A stretch of 64,000 nucleotides of DNA from the NCBI RefSeq assembly GCF_018977255.1, contig NW_024704743.1, positions 27,282,001-27,346,000 of the forward strand, given 5' to 3'. The translations under genes and the position numbers were made by a program. This DNA is from Callorhinchus milii. Lineage: Eukaryota. This document shows positions 11,786 through 25,515 of the stretch, one piece after another. The notes under the pieces were generated by a model. The model saw only the letters and a program-made list of their open reading frames with translations. It was not told where the DNA came from and did not search any database. The first letter of the stretch is position 1; each line of letters begins with the position of its first letter.

Positions 11786-13374
11786 GAAAACAATGCAATT
11801 TTACTGAAGTATCAGCCTCTCTTCACATACAAGTGATTTTCATTATTCTGTTTAGCAAAATATTCACTAAAATTGCTTGTATGCAAAGTGCAATCCAATG
11901 TATGTTTTGTTGATGTACATATTAGGGAAGGATACTTCTAATAATTGTATTTGTGCTGAAACCTTTTGCTCTTTGCTTGCATAATACATGCTATTAAGCA
12001 AATACAAATAATGTGCATTTAATGCCATGCTTATTTCAAACTCTGCTGACTAGATTGATTGCATCTTACTTTTAAATAAAAACCTGATGAAATCACACTG
12101 TGAGACAAGTTGCGCTGTGCAGTCCTCTTATCACGATTCTTAATGCCGCAGTGGTCGTTGGAAGATCTTCTTTATGACGACACAGCTCGAATGTAATGCA
12201 AAGGCTTTCCATTTTGAGCTGCTTAGTAAAGTGGCGTGCTTTCCTGCCTCAGTGCTAGCCAACACTTCTGATTAACGTCAATGAGATGTTTGCATAGATA
12301 ACAGAGCTTTCACTCAGCACTGGGGGGCATTTTTAAGTCTGCGTTTGGGGGAGGAAATATGCCAGGCACAGCAAGCTGGATAAGTGCTCGAGTGAATACA
12401 ATGCTTTTTGGGTTGGTTCCAAATCAAAGCAAAATATTGTTTTGAGAAACTCAGACTAAAAGAAATTGATTAATTTTGTTTCAATCTCAATTTTCTATTT
12501 TTCTTTGCCTGCGGTATTATACGATAATAGCATTACTGTTAAAATCTTGCCCCATAGTTGTACTTTAAATATATTTTAAGCAAACACAACAGCACAGCTT
12601 TTTCCTTAAGCACAGTTTCATTGAAGCGTCGTCACAAATATATCAAACAAATAATTTATGAAGTAATATCAATTGTTCTTTACAGAAAAAGTGGTTTGTG
12701 ATTGCAAATCAAAATGCCACCAAACAGACCATTAGAAACAATTCTGAAAGTGCCTACCTTAAGGGAGATGGTTATTCATTTTGCATGTTTGTGGTGTTCA
12801 CATCGACAATCTTTAGAGCCCGTACAGAAGGAAATTGCATTTTATTCCCCTTACATAATCCAAAAGCCAAAACAAAACATGTCTGAGAGATAAGTAGAAG
12901 TAACCAAGTTTTAGTTAGGATTGCTGCAGAACTTCAGTTATACATCTTCCATTGTTTAGAGGATGACTGAGAAGATCTGCCAGGTGGCAGGATGCACAAG
13001 CAATACTTTCTATGTATGTGCCAGACGGTTATCAAATTAGATGTGCACATTCTTCTTGCTGAAATTGATGTCTATAGGAGAAGAGTTTGTCACTGGTACT
13101 AATTATTGAGGAACCCAGACTGAGATTGACCTCAACATCACCTTCCGAGTTATTGGGCAATCTGAGACTCCACTTTTTACAACTTCTGCAATGGGATGAC
13201 TTTTATTTAGGACAGACTTCAATTTACTGGAGTTGTGTTCGATAAATATATGGAGGCTAAAGCATCATACTTGTCATCCATCTTTGTATTATATAAAATA
13301 AATTGAAGATTACCAAGAATTTATGAATAGGTAAACTATTTTCTCTGAAATTGAATGATGACTCACTAACCTTA

Positions 13375-13610
13375 TCATAGAATCATAGAATCGTAAAGCA
13401 CAAAAAGAGGCCATTCGGCCCATCGAGTCTCTGCCGGCTCTTTGAAAAGAGCAATGTGATGTCAATCCCACTCCTCAGCCCTCTCCCCATAACCCTACAA
13501 ACCTGTCCTCCTCAAATACCCATCCACCACGTTTTTAAAAGTTGTTATCGAATGGGCCTCGACCACCCTTTCAGGCAATGTGTTCCAGATTCGAACAACT
13601 CGCTGTGTTC
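13375..13610 (-). mobile_element. CR1 3' end
   Basis: ATCATAGAATCATAGAATC tail; reverse complement of the 23625-23830 type sequence. Confidence 0.85.
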
Positions 13611-13764
13611 CTAGACACATCCCAGGTGTGAAAGCTACTTAGTTAAGTATTTTATACTTTTTGACTATTGGACATTAAATAGTGTTTGTGTTCCACCATC
13701 TTCTGCCAATACATTTGACAGGCTTTGAACTTCCATGAAATTTACGTAGGTTTACATGCATTGC

Positions 13765-14130
13765 ATTGCATGGAAATAGGCCATTCAACCCAACCAACCC
13801 AACCACAGTGCTGTTTATATTCCACATGAGTCTCCATCCACTCCTTACTCCTTCCCACACCCTTCTATCCCTTCTACATCATTACTATATTTAGCTTCGT
13901 CTTAAATGCATTTATAAAATTGATTCAATACTGCTTCAGGCAGCAAGTTTTACATTCTTACTATGCTTTGTGTGAACAAGTTCCTCCTAAAGCCTTGGTT
14001 AGATTCTCTGCTCACTATCTTATACTTTATCCCCTGATTACAAACTCTCCAACAAGTGGGAAGAGCTTATTTATGCTAACCATATCAAATCAAAGGATTT
14101 GGCAGACAAATCAAAGGAGCTTTGAACCTT
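13765..14130 (-). mobile_element. Old CR1-like 3' fragment
   Basis: GGAAATAGGCCATTCAACCC 3' UTR motif; related pieces at 22930-23080 (-), 9970-10120 (+) and 29570-29720 (+). Confidence 0.6.
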
Positions 14131-17100
14131 TGTGAAGGACTATTTTTCTTCTTCTGGGCAAAAATCACATTACAAGAAAGGTTCAGATGAAGAAGGCTCT
14201 CTGCCCTTCTGATCTCATTGTTCCAGAATGCTTCCTCCGCCATCCTCCCATTACAGCATGACAGCATTTTTAAATAAGCCTGGTATCAGCCACTTTTCCT
14301 GATAAGCAATTCCAGATATTAATTATCATCTGTGTAGAATCTAAAGCTTCCCCTGTTGTTGTTCTTGGTGCTTAGGATGTAACTTTCACTGCTGTTACTT
14401 TTGTTCTAAAAGTCCTTTCTTTTTCACAACAATTTGAATTGCCGTTATTCTATTACTAAAATATATTCTCTTCCACTTTTCATGCAGAAACTATTGTAAC
14501 AAGAACAATTTGCAGGAGAACTTCCCCTGCAACACCATTCTAAGTTTGCCAAAATGATCCACAAAATCTCTTTAGACAGGATCTATTTTCAAATCGGATC
14601 CCCCAGGTTTGTATGATGTACTTACAGTAACTAGAGAGAGTATCTATTCAGATTCCTTATCTGGGAATCCTGTTAGATATGATCACACTTTAGTTCTGAA
14701 TAGATTTGTGGCTAAGGATAAAGCTTTAGGGTGAGAATAAAGGGTTAGGATTTATACAGTGTATTTAATAATCTCACTGAAATTAATTTCTAAAGAACCG
14801 GCAACTCCTAATGTTACCATGGCACCCTTTCAAATGATCATATAGAGGGTAACTAAAACCACACTCAGCAATCCAGGGTATTACAGGTATAAATTTATGT
14901 ACGATTTAATAAGTTACAATTCTCATGCCTGAAGAGTTGTTTCTCCTGTCAGCTGTTCAGTGGATCAAGACAGGTTTATGTATTTTGAGATTTATAGTCA
15001 GCACTAAAGCTGCCTCAAAAGCTGAATCATTCATGGGAAGTGACTGGCATCTCTAGGTTATTCAACATCTGAGCAAGTTCTTCTGAGTATCATAGAATCG
15101 TAGAATGTTTCAGTACAGAAAGCCATGCAGCATTCAGAGCATCAGATAGTGCTATGCACAAAATGGCTGACTCCTTTTCCTACAAATACAAAGTTACCAT
15201 AGTTTACAGTGAATCCTGTGAAGCCTGTGAGACATCTCGATGACATGATAAGGAGCTATATCAAATGTGAGGATTATTTATTATTATTACATTATATCAT
15301 GTCTATCTGTATCTGCCCTTATAGCCCTCAGTATCATTTAACATCAGAAATTTAAAATGAGTATCATCATAGTGCAGTGGACCGGAATAATGTAATAATA
15401 AAACAAGACAAAATACTGGTTAATGCAAAAAAAAAGTAAATTGTTAACATTAACAGCTAAAAAGGTAAGAATTTAAATTGTGAATAATAATAATTATTAT
15501 TATAACCCTTGCATTTGATATAGTACGTCATCACTTTGTGAAGACGTCTCTAAGAGCTTCACAGTATATACTGTGCAGTGATTGTGTGTATTTCATGGGC
15601 GACGCATGATGCCTTTGAACACTGCTATAGTCAATCATATGGTTGGTGTCGTTTTACCAATGATCGATAGAACTATTAATGCCTCACAATAGCACAACCA
15701 AAATGTTTTGAATAATTTAAAACAAACAAATCAGGCTAAATTCACATCGCATATTTCTTGAATAAATGTATATACTGTAGATGTGACTGTAGAAGTTTCT
15801 TAATATGCCATTTGATGGCTTGGTAAAATTTGCTTTATTGTTGTGTTATTTATTAACATGTATTTTTCAGTTATTCAGCTTTATCTGGAAATATAAACAC
15901 TTAACAGTCAATCCGATAAATCTGTTTGAGACAAACTGATAAAGGGTTCTGTCAAATAAAAGGATTATTTATTTTTTATAAGCTCTCAGCTGGAACATTT
16001 TCCATTGTCTTCCTTGTTCTCTTCTGCCCCCCACCCCCCAACCCTCCCCCCACCCTCCCTCCACCCCACACGCACACACTCACACACACATATACATACA
16101 TGCTGTGAAAATGTATTTTCTTATCTTAGTGAGGTTTTCCTAAAAGGATTCATAATTCATTCAAACAGGAAGGTTATCAGAAAGTCATTGAACATTCACA
16201 TTGGCATTGTGCGTTAGCATTACAGGATCCCTCAAAATATATTGTTAATGTCAGCTCTAGGCCTAGTACTTCTGTGGTGGGCTTCTCAAATGCAATCCAG
16301 ATATATTGAGTTTTTATCTGGATCCAGTCTGTTGTTCCTTGCTGATCCTACTGGTGGTTATTGATTTACTGAATCCCATGTTCTAAAAAAACAAAGTCTC
16401 GGATCAGTCAACTGGAGGACTCAATTTATAATCCTTGCGTTTGACATAATGCTTTATTCCATCACCGACAGGTCTCAAAGTGTATACTGTAAAGTGGTGT
16501 GACTATGCTTTATGGGCAAACCCTGAAGCAACTTTGCACACATCAATGTCCCACAAACAGTCATGAAGCAGATACCCAAAGAATGATAGAGTTTCATCAT
16601 GTCTATACCAGCTCCCTGAAGAGCAATCCTTTCAGTCCTATTTACCTGCGCATCTCTCTAGTTCCCTTTTGAAGGCCAATATGGATTCTGCCTCAACCAC
16701 TGCTCCAGGCAGGGCATTCCATATCCTACAAAGTCCACTATGGCCTTGCTAGCCACTATCTCTGTGGCCTCCTAACCCCCTATCTGCTCCCTCCGTTCAG
16801 TGGGCTACAGCTTGCTTCAAGTCCCCTGCCTTGCCCACCCCACCATTGGTGGGCGGGCCTTCAGCCACTCTGCCCCACCCTCTAGAACTCCATCCCACAG
16901 TCCCTCCATGATTCTCTTCATAATGGAGTACCCTGCTGATGCGCACTGTCTGGTCTGACACACGAAGAATGGTTAATGAGTGAAGTATCAGAAGGCACTA
17001 CCCATGGAATTAAATCCTAGTGGGAGCCAATACCTTCAGGAGAGAAGGAAAGTAAATATAAACACACCAAATGTGTTTGTATTTACTCTCCTTTAAGCAA

Positions 17101-17989
17101 CAGTCAGAAACGAGGGCATAAATAATTAAGTAACTGCACCTTCAAGTCAACCCAATATACTCCTTTCAAATATTTATGAGGTTGTAGTATATTAGAGTAA
17201 GCGCCATGTATCCTGGGTTCTAAGCCAGTTCAATCCGTTTATTATATGGGAACAGCTTAATTCCAGCAGACTTTAATGTACAAAATATCAACTAGAACAC
17301 CGGTTCTTTGACTTACTAATGTGGAATGTACAAGTGGAAAATGTTGTTGCAGTATTTCATTTCTAAATGCATTTCATGATCTGTCAGCCTGGATACATCT
17401 TCTGCAGTCACGGAATGAAGCTGTAACTGAAGTGAATCACAGTGCTCTTTTTTTTAGTGGGAGGGAGAGGGTGGTAAAAAAGCTTACCACAGTGAAATTT
17501 AAACCTTGTCACGATGTGCTATAAATAGAGCAAATATTCACATTTAAATATTAATTTTGTTCTTGGGTCTGTCAGTGTGACATTCTAAATTACCGTCATG
17601 CCAAATTACATAAGATTTCTTTAGACCTTCATCTATTCAACAACTGGAGATATAGTAAACTTTTAAATCATGAGGAGATATAATACATGAAACTTATATT
17701 CTTAAATAATGAAACACCATCATATTTTGCAACATTTTTCTAGAGTGAAGGACCCCTTATTGTATTGATCCATTGCTGATCATGGTTTTATATTTCACTC
17801 TGCAGGTGATTTTACATGCTGAAGTGGAGAGTTTATTGTAAAAAATTCAACAGCTATTTGATTAAAAAGTTGATTATCTTGGAAAGTCTCTGATTGAGCC
17901 ATGGGAGTGTGCATGTTCTGCTTCTTTGCCAATGTTAATGTTTAAAGTAAAAAGTACGCAAGATTGGTTCAGGTGAAGAGAAAGCTTTT

Positions 17990-18830
17990 CAAAAGATCAC
18001 AAAATTGGTCTGGATGAAGAATGCCCCGCGGCCCATCCAATCTCATCCCGCCAGAACACTAACCCTGCCATTCCCCCATCACTGCATCAAGCTTTTTAAA
18101 TGAGACCAACTTCTCAGCCTACACCACCCTTCCTGATAACCTGTTCCAGGTACTGATTAGCCTCTGCGTAAAGAAAACCGTTCTGGTATCCTTCCTGAAA
18201 TTTACAACTCTAAACATATGTCTTTTTGTTCAACTGTCTTTATGCATCATAAAGTATTGTTCTGGGTTTACTTTTCCAATCCCCTTTAATATTTTCTAAA
18301 CCTCTGTGAGATCCCCATCTCTCAAGGTTAAAGAGTCCCAGGTTGTCGTATCGTTGCTCTTTGACCGAGCCTTCAGCTCCCCTCTCAACTCTCTTCCCCC
18401 TTCTCGCTCCCTCCCATCCCTCCCCTCACCCTGACCATTTCCCCCCTCCTCGCTCCCTCCCCTCCCCTCACCCTGACCATTTCCCCGCTGCTCGGGTCAT
18501 GACCCAACTGTGCAGCGCCTTGGGACGTCCTCCTGACGTGAAAGGCGCTTTATAAATGGAATCTTGTTGTTGTTGTTGTTGCTCATTCATCTAACACTGG
18601 GTATCATCCTCATTGCTCTCCTCTGCACTGCCTCTGAAGCCCGGGCAGCCCCCTTATGTTGCAGTGACCAGAACTGTATGCAGCATTCAAGGACTGGTCT
18701 GACCTGTTAAACCTGAGTATGATGTTTGGTCTAAATTGATGAATTAGAGAATAGCTTGAGAATTAATTCTGAAGAGCTGAACTCAACCGATTTAGCAAAA
18801 GAGCCCAACATCCTGTTTACCATGTTTATT
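17990..18830 (-). mobile_element. CR1 3' fragment interrupted by a young L2 tail (18360-18580, + strand)
   Basis: CR1 C-terminal and 3' UTR motifs on both sides; same family at 20340-20540 (-), 29380-29550 (-), 46760-47000 (+) and 59630-59865 (+). Confidence 0.78.
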
Positions 18831-19482
18831 GCCATTTATATGGTTATGATCCTATTTTTCTGTTCACCGAAGGCTGTAACTGATGTAACATTATTTTAGC
18901 ATTCCCTTGACACATTATTCAGTGCATGGATCAAACTTGTACATGGATACATATCGGTTCTAAGCTGCAAAAGTGCTGAATAATGGTAGTTCATAATTCC
19001 TAAATAATGGCAGTTTTCAAAGCTCATGCCTGAGAGTCATGTCTGGACATTCTGTCAATTATCCAATAAATAAGCTTACTATCTGGTGGCACAGAGCGAG
19101 CAAAAGCGATGCTTACATTTAACACCCTCCTGTTTCAACAACAATCCATTGACAAAGCAGTGAGCTCTGAAGAATCTGTAAATCAGATACCACCAGAGTG
19201 AAGTGATCTCTCTTCAATATGTCACTACCAGCCCCTGATCCACCCACCTGATTCTTTGCTTCTGTTTAAGGTGCAGTGGAAGCCATCAGCCCACTTAACT
19301 TTGAGAACAGCTCCGCAGACAGAGATAAATTGATGATAGAAACACAAGGTCCAAAATCGAAGGGAGGAAATTGGTTGCAGTGCAGAAGATATAAACTGCT
19401 ACAGTAGAATAGACTGGTGGCAGTAAAGGAAGGAAGGCACAGGAAACATGGTCAAACTCAGAGCAGCAGCAAATACAACCTC

Positions 19483-20118
19483 AACAACAACAACAACAAC
19501 ACGATTCCATTTATAGAGCGCCTTTCACGTCGGGAGGACGTCCCAAGGCGCTGTACAGTTGAGTCAGGATCCGAGCCGGGGGTAATGGTCATGGTGAGGA
19601 GAGGGAAGGGAGGGAGCGAGGAGGGGGTAGAGAGTCGAGCGGGGACCTGAAGGCACGGTCAAAGAGAAAGGTCTTGAGACCGGCCTTGAAGGAGGAAAGG
19701 GAGGAGGCAAGGCGAAGGCATTGGGGGATAGAGTTCCAGAGCCTAGGGGCTGAGAGGCTGAAAGCCCGGCCACCGATGGTAGGGCGGTTGGGGCGGGGGA
19801 TGTGGAGCAGACCGGAGCCAGAGGAACAGGTACGGGCAGGTAGGTAGGGGGATAGTAGGTTGGAGAGGTAGGAGGGAGCAAGGCCGTGAATGGCCTTGTA
19901 GGTGAGGATGAGGACCTTGAATTCAATCCTCTGGGGGATGGGGAGCCAGTGGAGGCGAGCGAGGGTGGGAGTGATGTGGTCCCGGAGCACTGGTGCGGGA
20001 CAGTACACGAGCTGTAGAGTTCTGAATGACCTGCAGCTTGTGGAGGGAGGTGCCGGGAAGGCCGGCGAGGAGAGAGTTCCCATAGTCCAGCCTTGAGGTG
20101 ATAAAGGCGTGGACCAGA
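19483..20118 (-). mobile_element. Young L2, 5'-truncated (~630 bp)
   Basis: ORF 19589..20167 [30 protein letters not shown]; CpG-rich; closely similar to 34181-34815. Confidence 0.95.
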
Positions 20119-20339
20119 GAGCTCGACCACTAAAGATATTATAGAGAGTTTGAAGTGAAACATACACTTTTGAGGTTATGATAAGTGTATAACAATGTGA
20201 TAACGTTTGTTGTGTTCTTTCACGTGTTCTCTTGCTTTATGGAATACAAGCAGATTGCGCCTCTCTCCAACTAAATGGTTTGTTTCTTTCAGAGTTGTAA
20301 CACCACCATTTTGCAACTTTGAGGAAAGGAATTTTATTA

Positions 20340-20540
20340 CCCATCCTACTGTCCTCCATCAAGCTGCTTTTTTAATGAGGCAGATGTCCTGGTCTCAGAC
20401 ACCCTTCCTGGCAACCTTTCCCAGTCATTAATTACCCTCTGGATAAAGAAATGCTTCCTGGTTCCTGACCTGAAATTGCTCTTTGCAACTCTAAATCTAT
20501 GCCCTGTTGTTTTACTATCTCGAAGTATCCTAAAGTATTG
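20340..20540 (-). mobile_element. CR1 ORF2 C-terminal fragment
   Basis: ORF 20346..20708 TTGHRFRV...RKHFFIQRVINDWERLP. Confidence 0.82.
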
Positions 20541-20569
20541 TGGTGGCACAATTGGTGGTATAATCCCTG

Positions 20570-21710
20570 TCCCTCTGCAGAAAACGCCTGCCTGCTCATA
20601 ATGGACGATTTCAACTTTCATCTCAATTTCCCCTGCCCTATCTCCTCTGACTTTGCCGCCCTCCTGTCGACCCCAAATGCCAACAATACATCTCGGCAAA
20701 TGGTTCATATTCCCGCCTCAGCCAAGTCACCTCCAGGCTCTATCCTTGTTCCCTTTCTTTCTTTTTATCTTCATAAGGAATTTCCACATGTATGTGGATG
20801 ACACCCAAATCTACTTCTCATCCTCCAGCTGTGACTCCTGGTCTACTGTTGTCCTGTCAGCTTGTTTGACAGACATCAAGGCCAGAATGAGAGGAAATTT
20901 CCTGCAACTAAATGCCATTGTCTTTGGCTCCCATCAACGTCTTCTGTCCTCCAGGTCTGAACTTCTCAAACTCTCGAGCTCACCCTCAAACTCTCCAAAC
21001 CTGTCTGCAATTTAGGCATCAGGTTCGATCCCTAGCCTTCCTCTGCATCCCACCTCTGTTCCTTGCCCAGGACCCCATTTTTCCATCTCCATCACATTGC
21101 TCACATCCGAACCAGACAAAGCTCTTATCCACACCTTCATCATTTCCTCGCCGGACTATTCCAGTGAGGACTATTCCTCACTGGTCTCCCCAGCTCCGGC
21201 ATATACAAAATTCAAGTAATACAAAACTCCGCCTCCTAAATACTCACCCGCACAAAACTCCGTACCGCCATCACACAGTCCTTCACATCTAATGCTCCCA
21301 ATTACCGAATGGATCAATTTCAAGATCCTCTCACTCGCATCCAAATCCCTTCATGCCCTTACACCTCCCTCCCAGCCAACCTGCTTATCCCCAACTCCAC
21401 CACCCATTGCGTCCGCTCGGCTGGCACTGGCCTCGTGTTTGTTCTTCGTCCCCTCCACTCCACCATCGGTGGCCATGCCTTCATCCACTACACCCCGATA
21501 CTCTGGAACTGTTTCCCTCAATCCCTTCACTTTGGCACCTCCCTCCTCACTTTCAAATCCCACCTAAAGACCTTCCATTTTGATCGTGCTTATGGTCACC
21601 TCCCACCGCCCTCTCCCCTCAGCTCAGTGTCAGACTCCACCACTATCCAGTGCTCCAGATGCTACCACCCCCCACCCTGTGAAGGGTACTATATAAATGG
21701 AAGTTGTTTT
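20570..21710 (+). mobile_element. Old L2 with large internal deletions (endonuclease remnant, RT, 3' end)
   Basis: LLIMDDFNFH (GDFN-like), FHMYVDDTQIY, NFLQLN, TIGGHAF...FKSHLKT. Confidence 0.85.
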
Positions 21711-21823
21711 TCAAGAAATTTCCAACCTCAAGAACCACACTGTAAAAGTGATGTGAAATGTTTCGACATATGAAACACTATAGATATCCAAGTTCATTCC
21801 TCTTTCTAATATTTTCCATTTGT

Positions 21824-22136
21824 GGAGTCCTGTAGCTCAGTGGTTGAGCACTCGCTTTGCAAGCGAGAGACCTGAATTCAATTCCAGACAGGGCGAAACC
21901 TTGGGCAAGTTTCCTTACTCCACACGCCTAATAATAATCCCTCCAAAACCAAAAACAATAATAAATTGGTCATTTTCTATCCATGACTGTTTGTGGGACA
22001 TTGCTGTGCGCAATTGGCTGCCGCGTTCGCCGACAAATATACAGTCAATTCACTTTACAGTGTGTTCTGTGAAGCGCTTTGGGACGTCCTCCCGACGTGA
22101 AAAGCGCTATATCAAATGCAAGGATTATTATTATTA
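21824..22136 (+). mobile_element. Full-length tRNA-Ala(TGC)-headed SINE, short young subfamily (SINE2-1_CM-like)
   Basis: A box TAGCTCAGTGG, anticodon arm TCGCTTTGCAAGCGA, B-box-like ATTCAATTCC, L2-type stem-loop, (ATT)n tail. Confidence 0.93.
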
Positions 22137-23199
22137 TCTATTTTGATACTATTATTGAAATGTAAAGATAGTTATCTGAGACAATTGGTTTGTACTATTT
22201 TACCAGCAGCGCAATAAGATTGACAAAATACAATATCAGCATTGAAACAGTAATCAGCTACAGTAGTTTGATTTAATTTCCACAGGAGTACAAAGTATTT
22301 TATAAAGCCTTACTCCGTAAACAGCCTGATTTTTGTGGAGAGGATTAGTACTTGCTGAGAACAAGACTGCCAAATCCTTTGAAAAACCTTTTAGAATTAT
22401 GATGAGTTGGGGATTATCAGGTGAAATTTAGTTTACTTTTGTAGGATTAAATTGTCAATTTTGGCTGCTTTATAAACAGGAAGGATCACACATAAAAGTT
22501 GCTGTATTACATTAATTAGTCTTTTTCTTTGTCTAAGGGTTTATAAAGATATAAATGTTTCAAGCTGTTTTTCATTCATCCAATTTCCCACAAAGCCATT
22601 CCGCAGATGCAGAGCCAGCGTGTTTATTTAAGTGTATTTTAAAATTACATAATACGGCCATTGTTCTATATAAAGATACAGTTCCACACAAATTTCTTTG
22701 TAATTTTTTTTCAGATGTGAGAGAAACACTTTATTAAAAGCTTCCTCTTAATGGCATCTGCAACAAAATAATTCATGTTTTCTCAATAGAGATGAGTTTC
22801 AGGGATCTGCAGTTGGAGTTCTCGCATGCCAGGTATTTGCTATTGAGGTTTCCCACAGTTAGTACTGAGATGCAGACTGGAAGGGAATTGCATCAACATA
22901 GAAGAATAGATGGAACAACAATTACCTAGAACATGGAAACTACTCGGAAACAAGTCATTCAGCGTAACTAATCCATACTGATGTGTATACACCAGACAAA
23001 CGTCCATGCCTCCTATCGCTTTAACTATCTATTTCCTTCTCCCTCCTGTATTCATTAAGTTTCCCTTTAAATAGGTTGATGTAAAGACCATTTCAATCAT
23101 TAAGTTAACAGACCTTCCATGAGAGCACAGGTGTCTCAAATTCATGCTGTGTACCTGATTTTCTAAGAAATATTAAACATTTAACATTCTGTTAAAAAG

Positions 23200-23830
23200 C
23201 ATACAGGAAACTAGGCTTTATAAAGAGGGGCATAGAATACAAAATCAGGAAGTTATGATGAACCTTTATAAAACACTGGTTTGGTCTCAGCTGTAGTGTT
23301 CAGTTCTGGGTACCACACTTTAAGAAGGATGTTAAGGCATTGGAGAGGGTGCAGACAAGATCTACCAGGATGGTTCCAGGAATGAGGGACTTGAGTTATC
23401 AGGAGAGGCTAGAGAAGCTAGGATTATTCTCCTTGGAGCAGAGGTGAAGAGGAGATGTAATAGAAGTTTTCAAAATTATGAGGGGATTCGATAGGGTGGA
23501 CAAGCAGAAACTATTTCCACTGGCGGGTGAGTCGGTAACCCGAGGGCACCAATTTAAAATAGTTGTTAAAAGAAACAGAGGGGACGTCAGGAGAAATTTT
23601 TTCACACAGTGAGTTGTTCGGATCTGGAAAGCATTGCCTGAAAGGGTGGTGGAAGCTGATTCAATAACAGTTTTTAAGAGAGAAGTAGATAATTATTTGA
23701 GGAGGACAAGGTTCCAGAGCTATGGGGAGAGAGCAGGGAAGTGGGATTGATTTGGATGGCTCTTTTCAATAAGTCGGCACAGATAAAGGGCTGAATGGCC
23801 TCCTTCTGTGCTGTACGATTCTATGATTCC
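23200..23830 (+). mobile_element. CR1 LINE 3' fragment
   Basis: ALERVQ, LEKLGLFSLEQR, TRGHQFKI and NFFTQ-type motifs; tail GATTCTATGATTC. Confidence 0.92.
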
Positions 23831-24216
23831 CAAATATCCTAAAACACAGTAAACTGACAGATATCAGAAGCATTAATATCACAAGCTCTCCTTGGAAAAT
23901 GAATGGATAGCAATATATTAAAAAAATGCTTTCTAAACCTACATTTTAAATAGATTATGTATTTCTAGGTGCCAACAACTAATGGGATTCAAACCATTTG
24001 TGTAACTAAGAAAACCTATATTGTATATATACAAAAGGACCAATAAATGGATATTTGCACATATATTTCAGAACTTATTTTCAAAATAGGCTCTTGGAAA
24101 AGCTATTGCCCAGTGTGAAACTCTGGGGAATTGAGAGTAATTCATTTTGAAATCTATTAAGAAAAAACACATATTAGATCCCCAAATGTTTCCTAATTTT
24201 TTTTAAAATTAAGGAC

Positions 24217-24553
24217 ATAATAATAATCATCCTTGCATTTGATATAGAGCCTTATCACAGCTTCGAAATGTCTCAAAGCGCTTCAGAGAATATACTGTAA
24301 AGTGAATTGACTATATTGTGTGGGAGAAACACCAAAGCCAATTGTACACAGTAGTGTCCCACAAACAGTTGTGGATTGAGTGAGCAATTTGTTTTTTAAC
24401 AAATTATTACACCCGGAAAAGTGATCTACCATTCGACTATCAATCGGGTTCCTACTTATTGCTAGGTAAACAGAGGTTTATGTTTCGCCTTGCCCATGAA
24501 TTGAAGCCAGGTCTCTTGGTTGCAAGGTGAGTGCTCTAACCACAAGGACTCCA
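24217..24553 (-). mobile_element. tRNA-Ala-headed SINE, long subfamily
   Basis: Alignment to sister copies. Confidence 0.87.
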
Positions 24554-25112
24554 TGATTGATCAATTCTGGATTTACAACACATTAGTGCAAATAGAATTG
24601 AAGGTGTGGATTTTATTAGAATCTCTCTTAGTTATGGAGACCTTTTTCAAACTACTCAAAGGAAAAGACATTCCTTAGATGAAAATGGATCAACACTGCT
24701 GCTACTCTGCTTTTTATACCATTACTAAAATACCATTTTTATGATATACAGCAACTCTCATCTCCTGCACATTGATTTCTTCTGATATATCTCCAGTAGT
24801 TTATTCATTGCCATGCAGCAAATGTGTTCTCCAATTCAGTGAAACCTCTCTGATTTCAAATACTTAATTTAGTAGAAAGGTGCTAAAGGTGTTTTCTTTA
24901 GCAGTTGCAAAGAAATGTTGTGGTTGATAGCAAGAAAAAATTGTCTTCCAGCATATTGCATGTAATTATTGCACAATGTATTAATTAGGTAAATGGCATG
25001 GCAGTTGGATATCTAAGAGGGGTGATAAAAAATGGTGTGTGTTATAGAATTGTGATTTATTTTCTTTTGGCAATAAATAACTTTCAATGCTAATGAAAAC
25101 CTGAAGACACAC

Positions 25113-25515
25113 ATAATAATAATCAAAATAATAATAATAATCCTTACATTTCATACAGGGCTTTTCACATCAAGAGGATATCCCAAAGTACTTCACAGGT
25201 TATACTGTAAAGTGCATTGACTATGTTTTTGTGTGGATGAATGCAGCAGCTAATTTGCATGCAGCAATGCCCCATAAACAACCATAAAATGAATTACTAA
25301 TTTTATTTGGAGGATTGTTGGTCAGGACACTGGTAGAAAATCCCTTCCCTTATCGAATTGTGCCATGGGATCTTTAACATCTACCTCAACAGGCAGATGG
25401 GGCCTTGGTTTTAACATTTCATTTGAAGGATGGCACCTCCAATAGTAAAGTACAACCCAGCATTGCATTCCTTAGATTATAGGAAGTCCTGATGTGGTGC
25501 TTAAACTCACAATCT
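25113..25515 (-). mobile_element. Deu-domain SINE
   Basis: GCCATGGGATCTTTAACATCTACCTCAACAGGCAGATGGGGCCTTGGTTTTAACA core. Confidence 0.78.

Noticed and set aside
13077..13200. Protein-like stretch after a possible acceptor
   Set aside because: In-frame stops and no good donor
21824..21895. tRNA-Ala(TGC) gene
   Set aside because: SINE head: no proper acceptor stem, and it continues into the SINE body
21820..22146. Recurrent ORFs with GKFPYSTRLIIIPPK...WDIAVRNWLPR (also at 38740, 44518, 50533) that look like a small gene family
   Set aside because: They are translations of near-identical SINE copies
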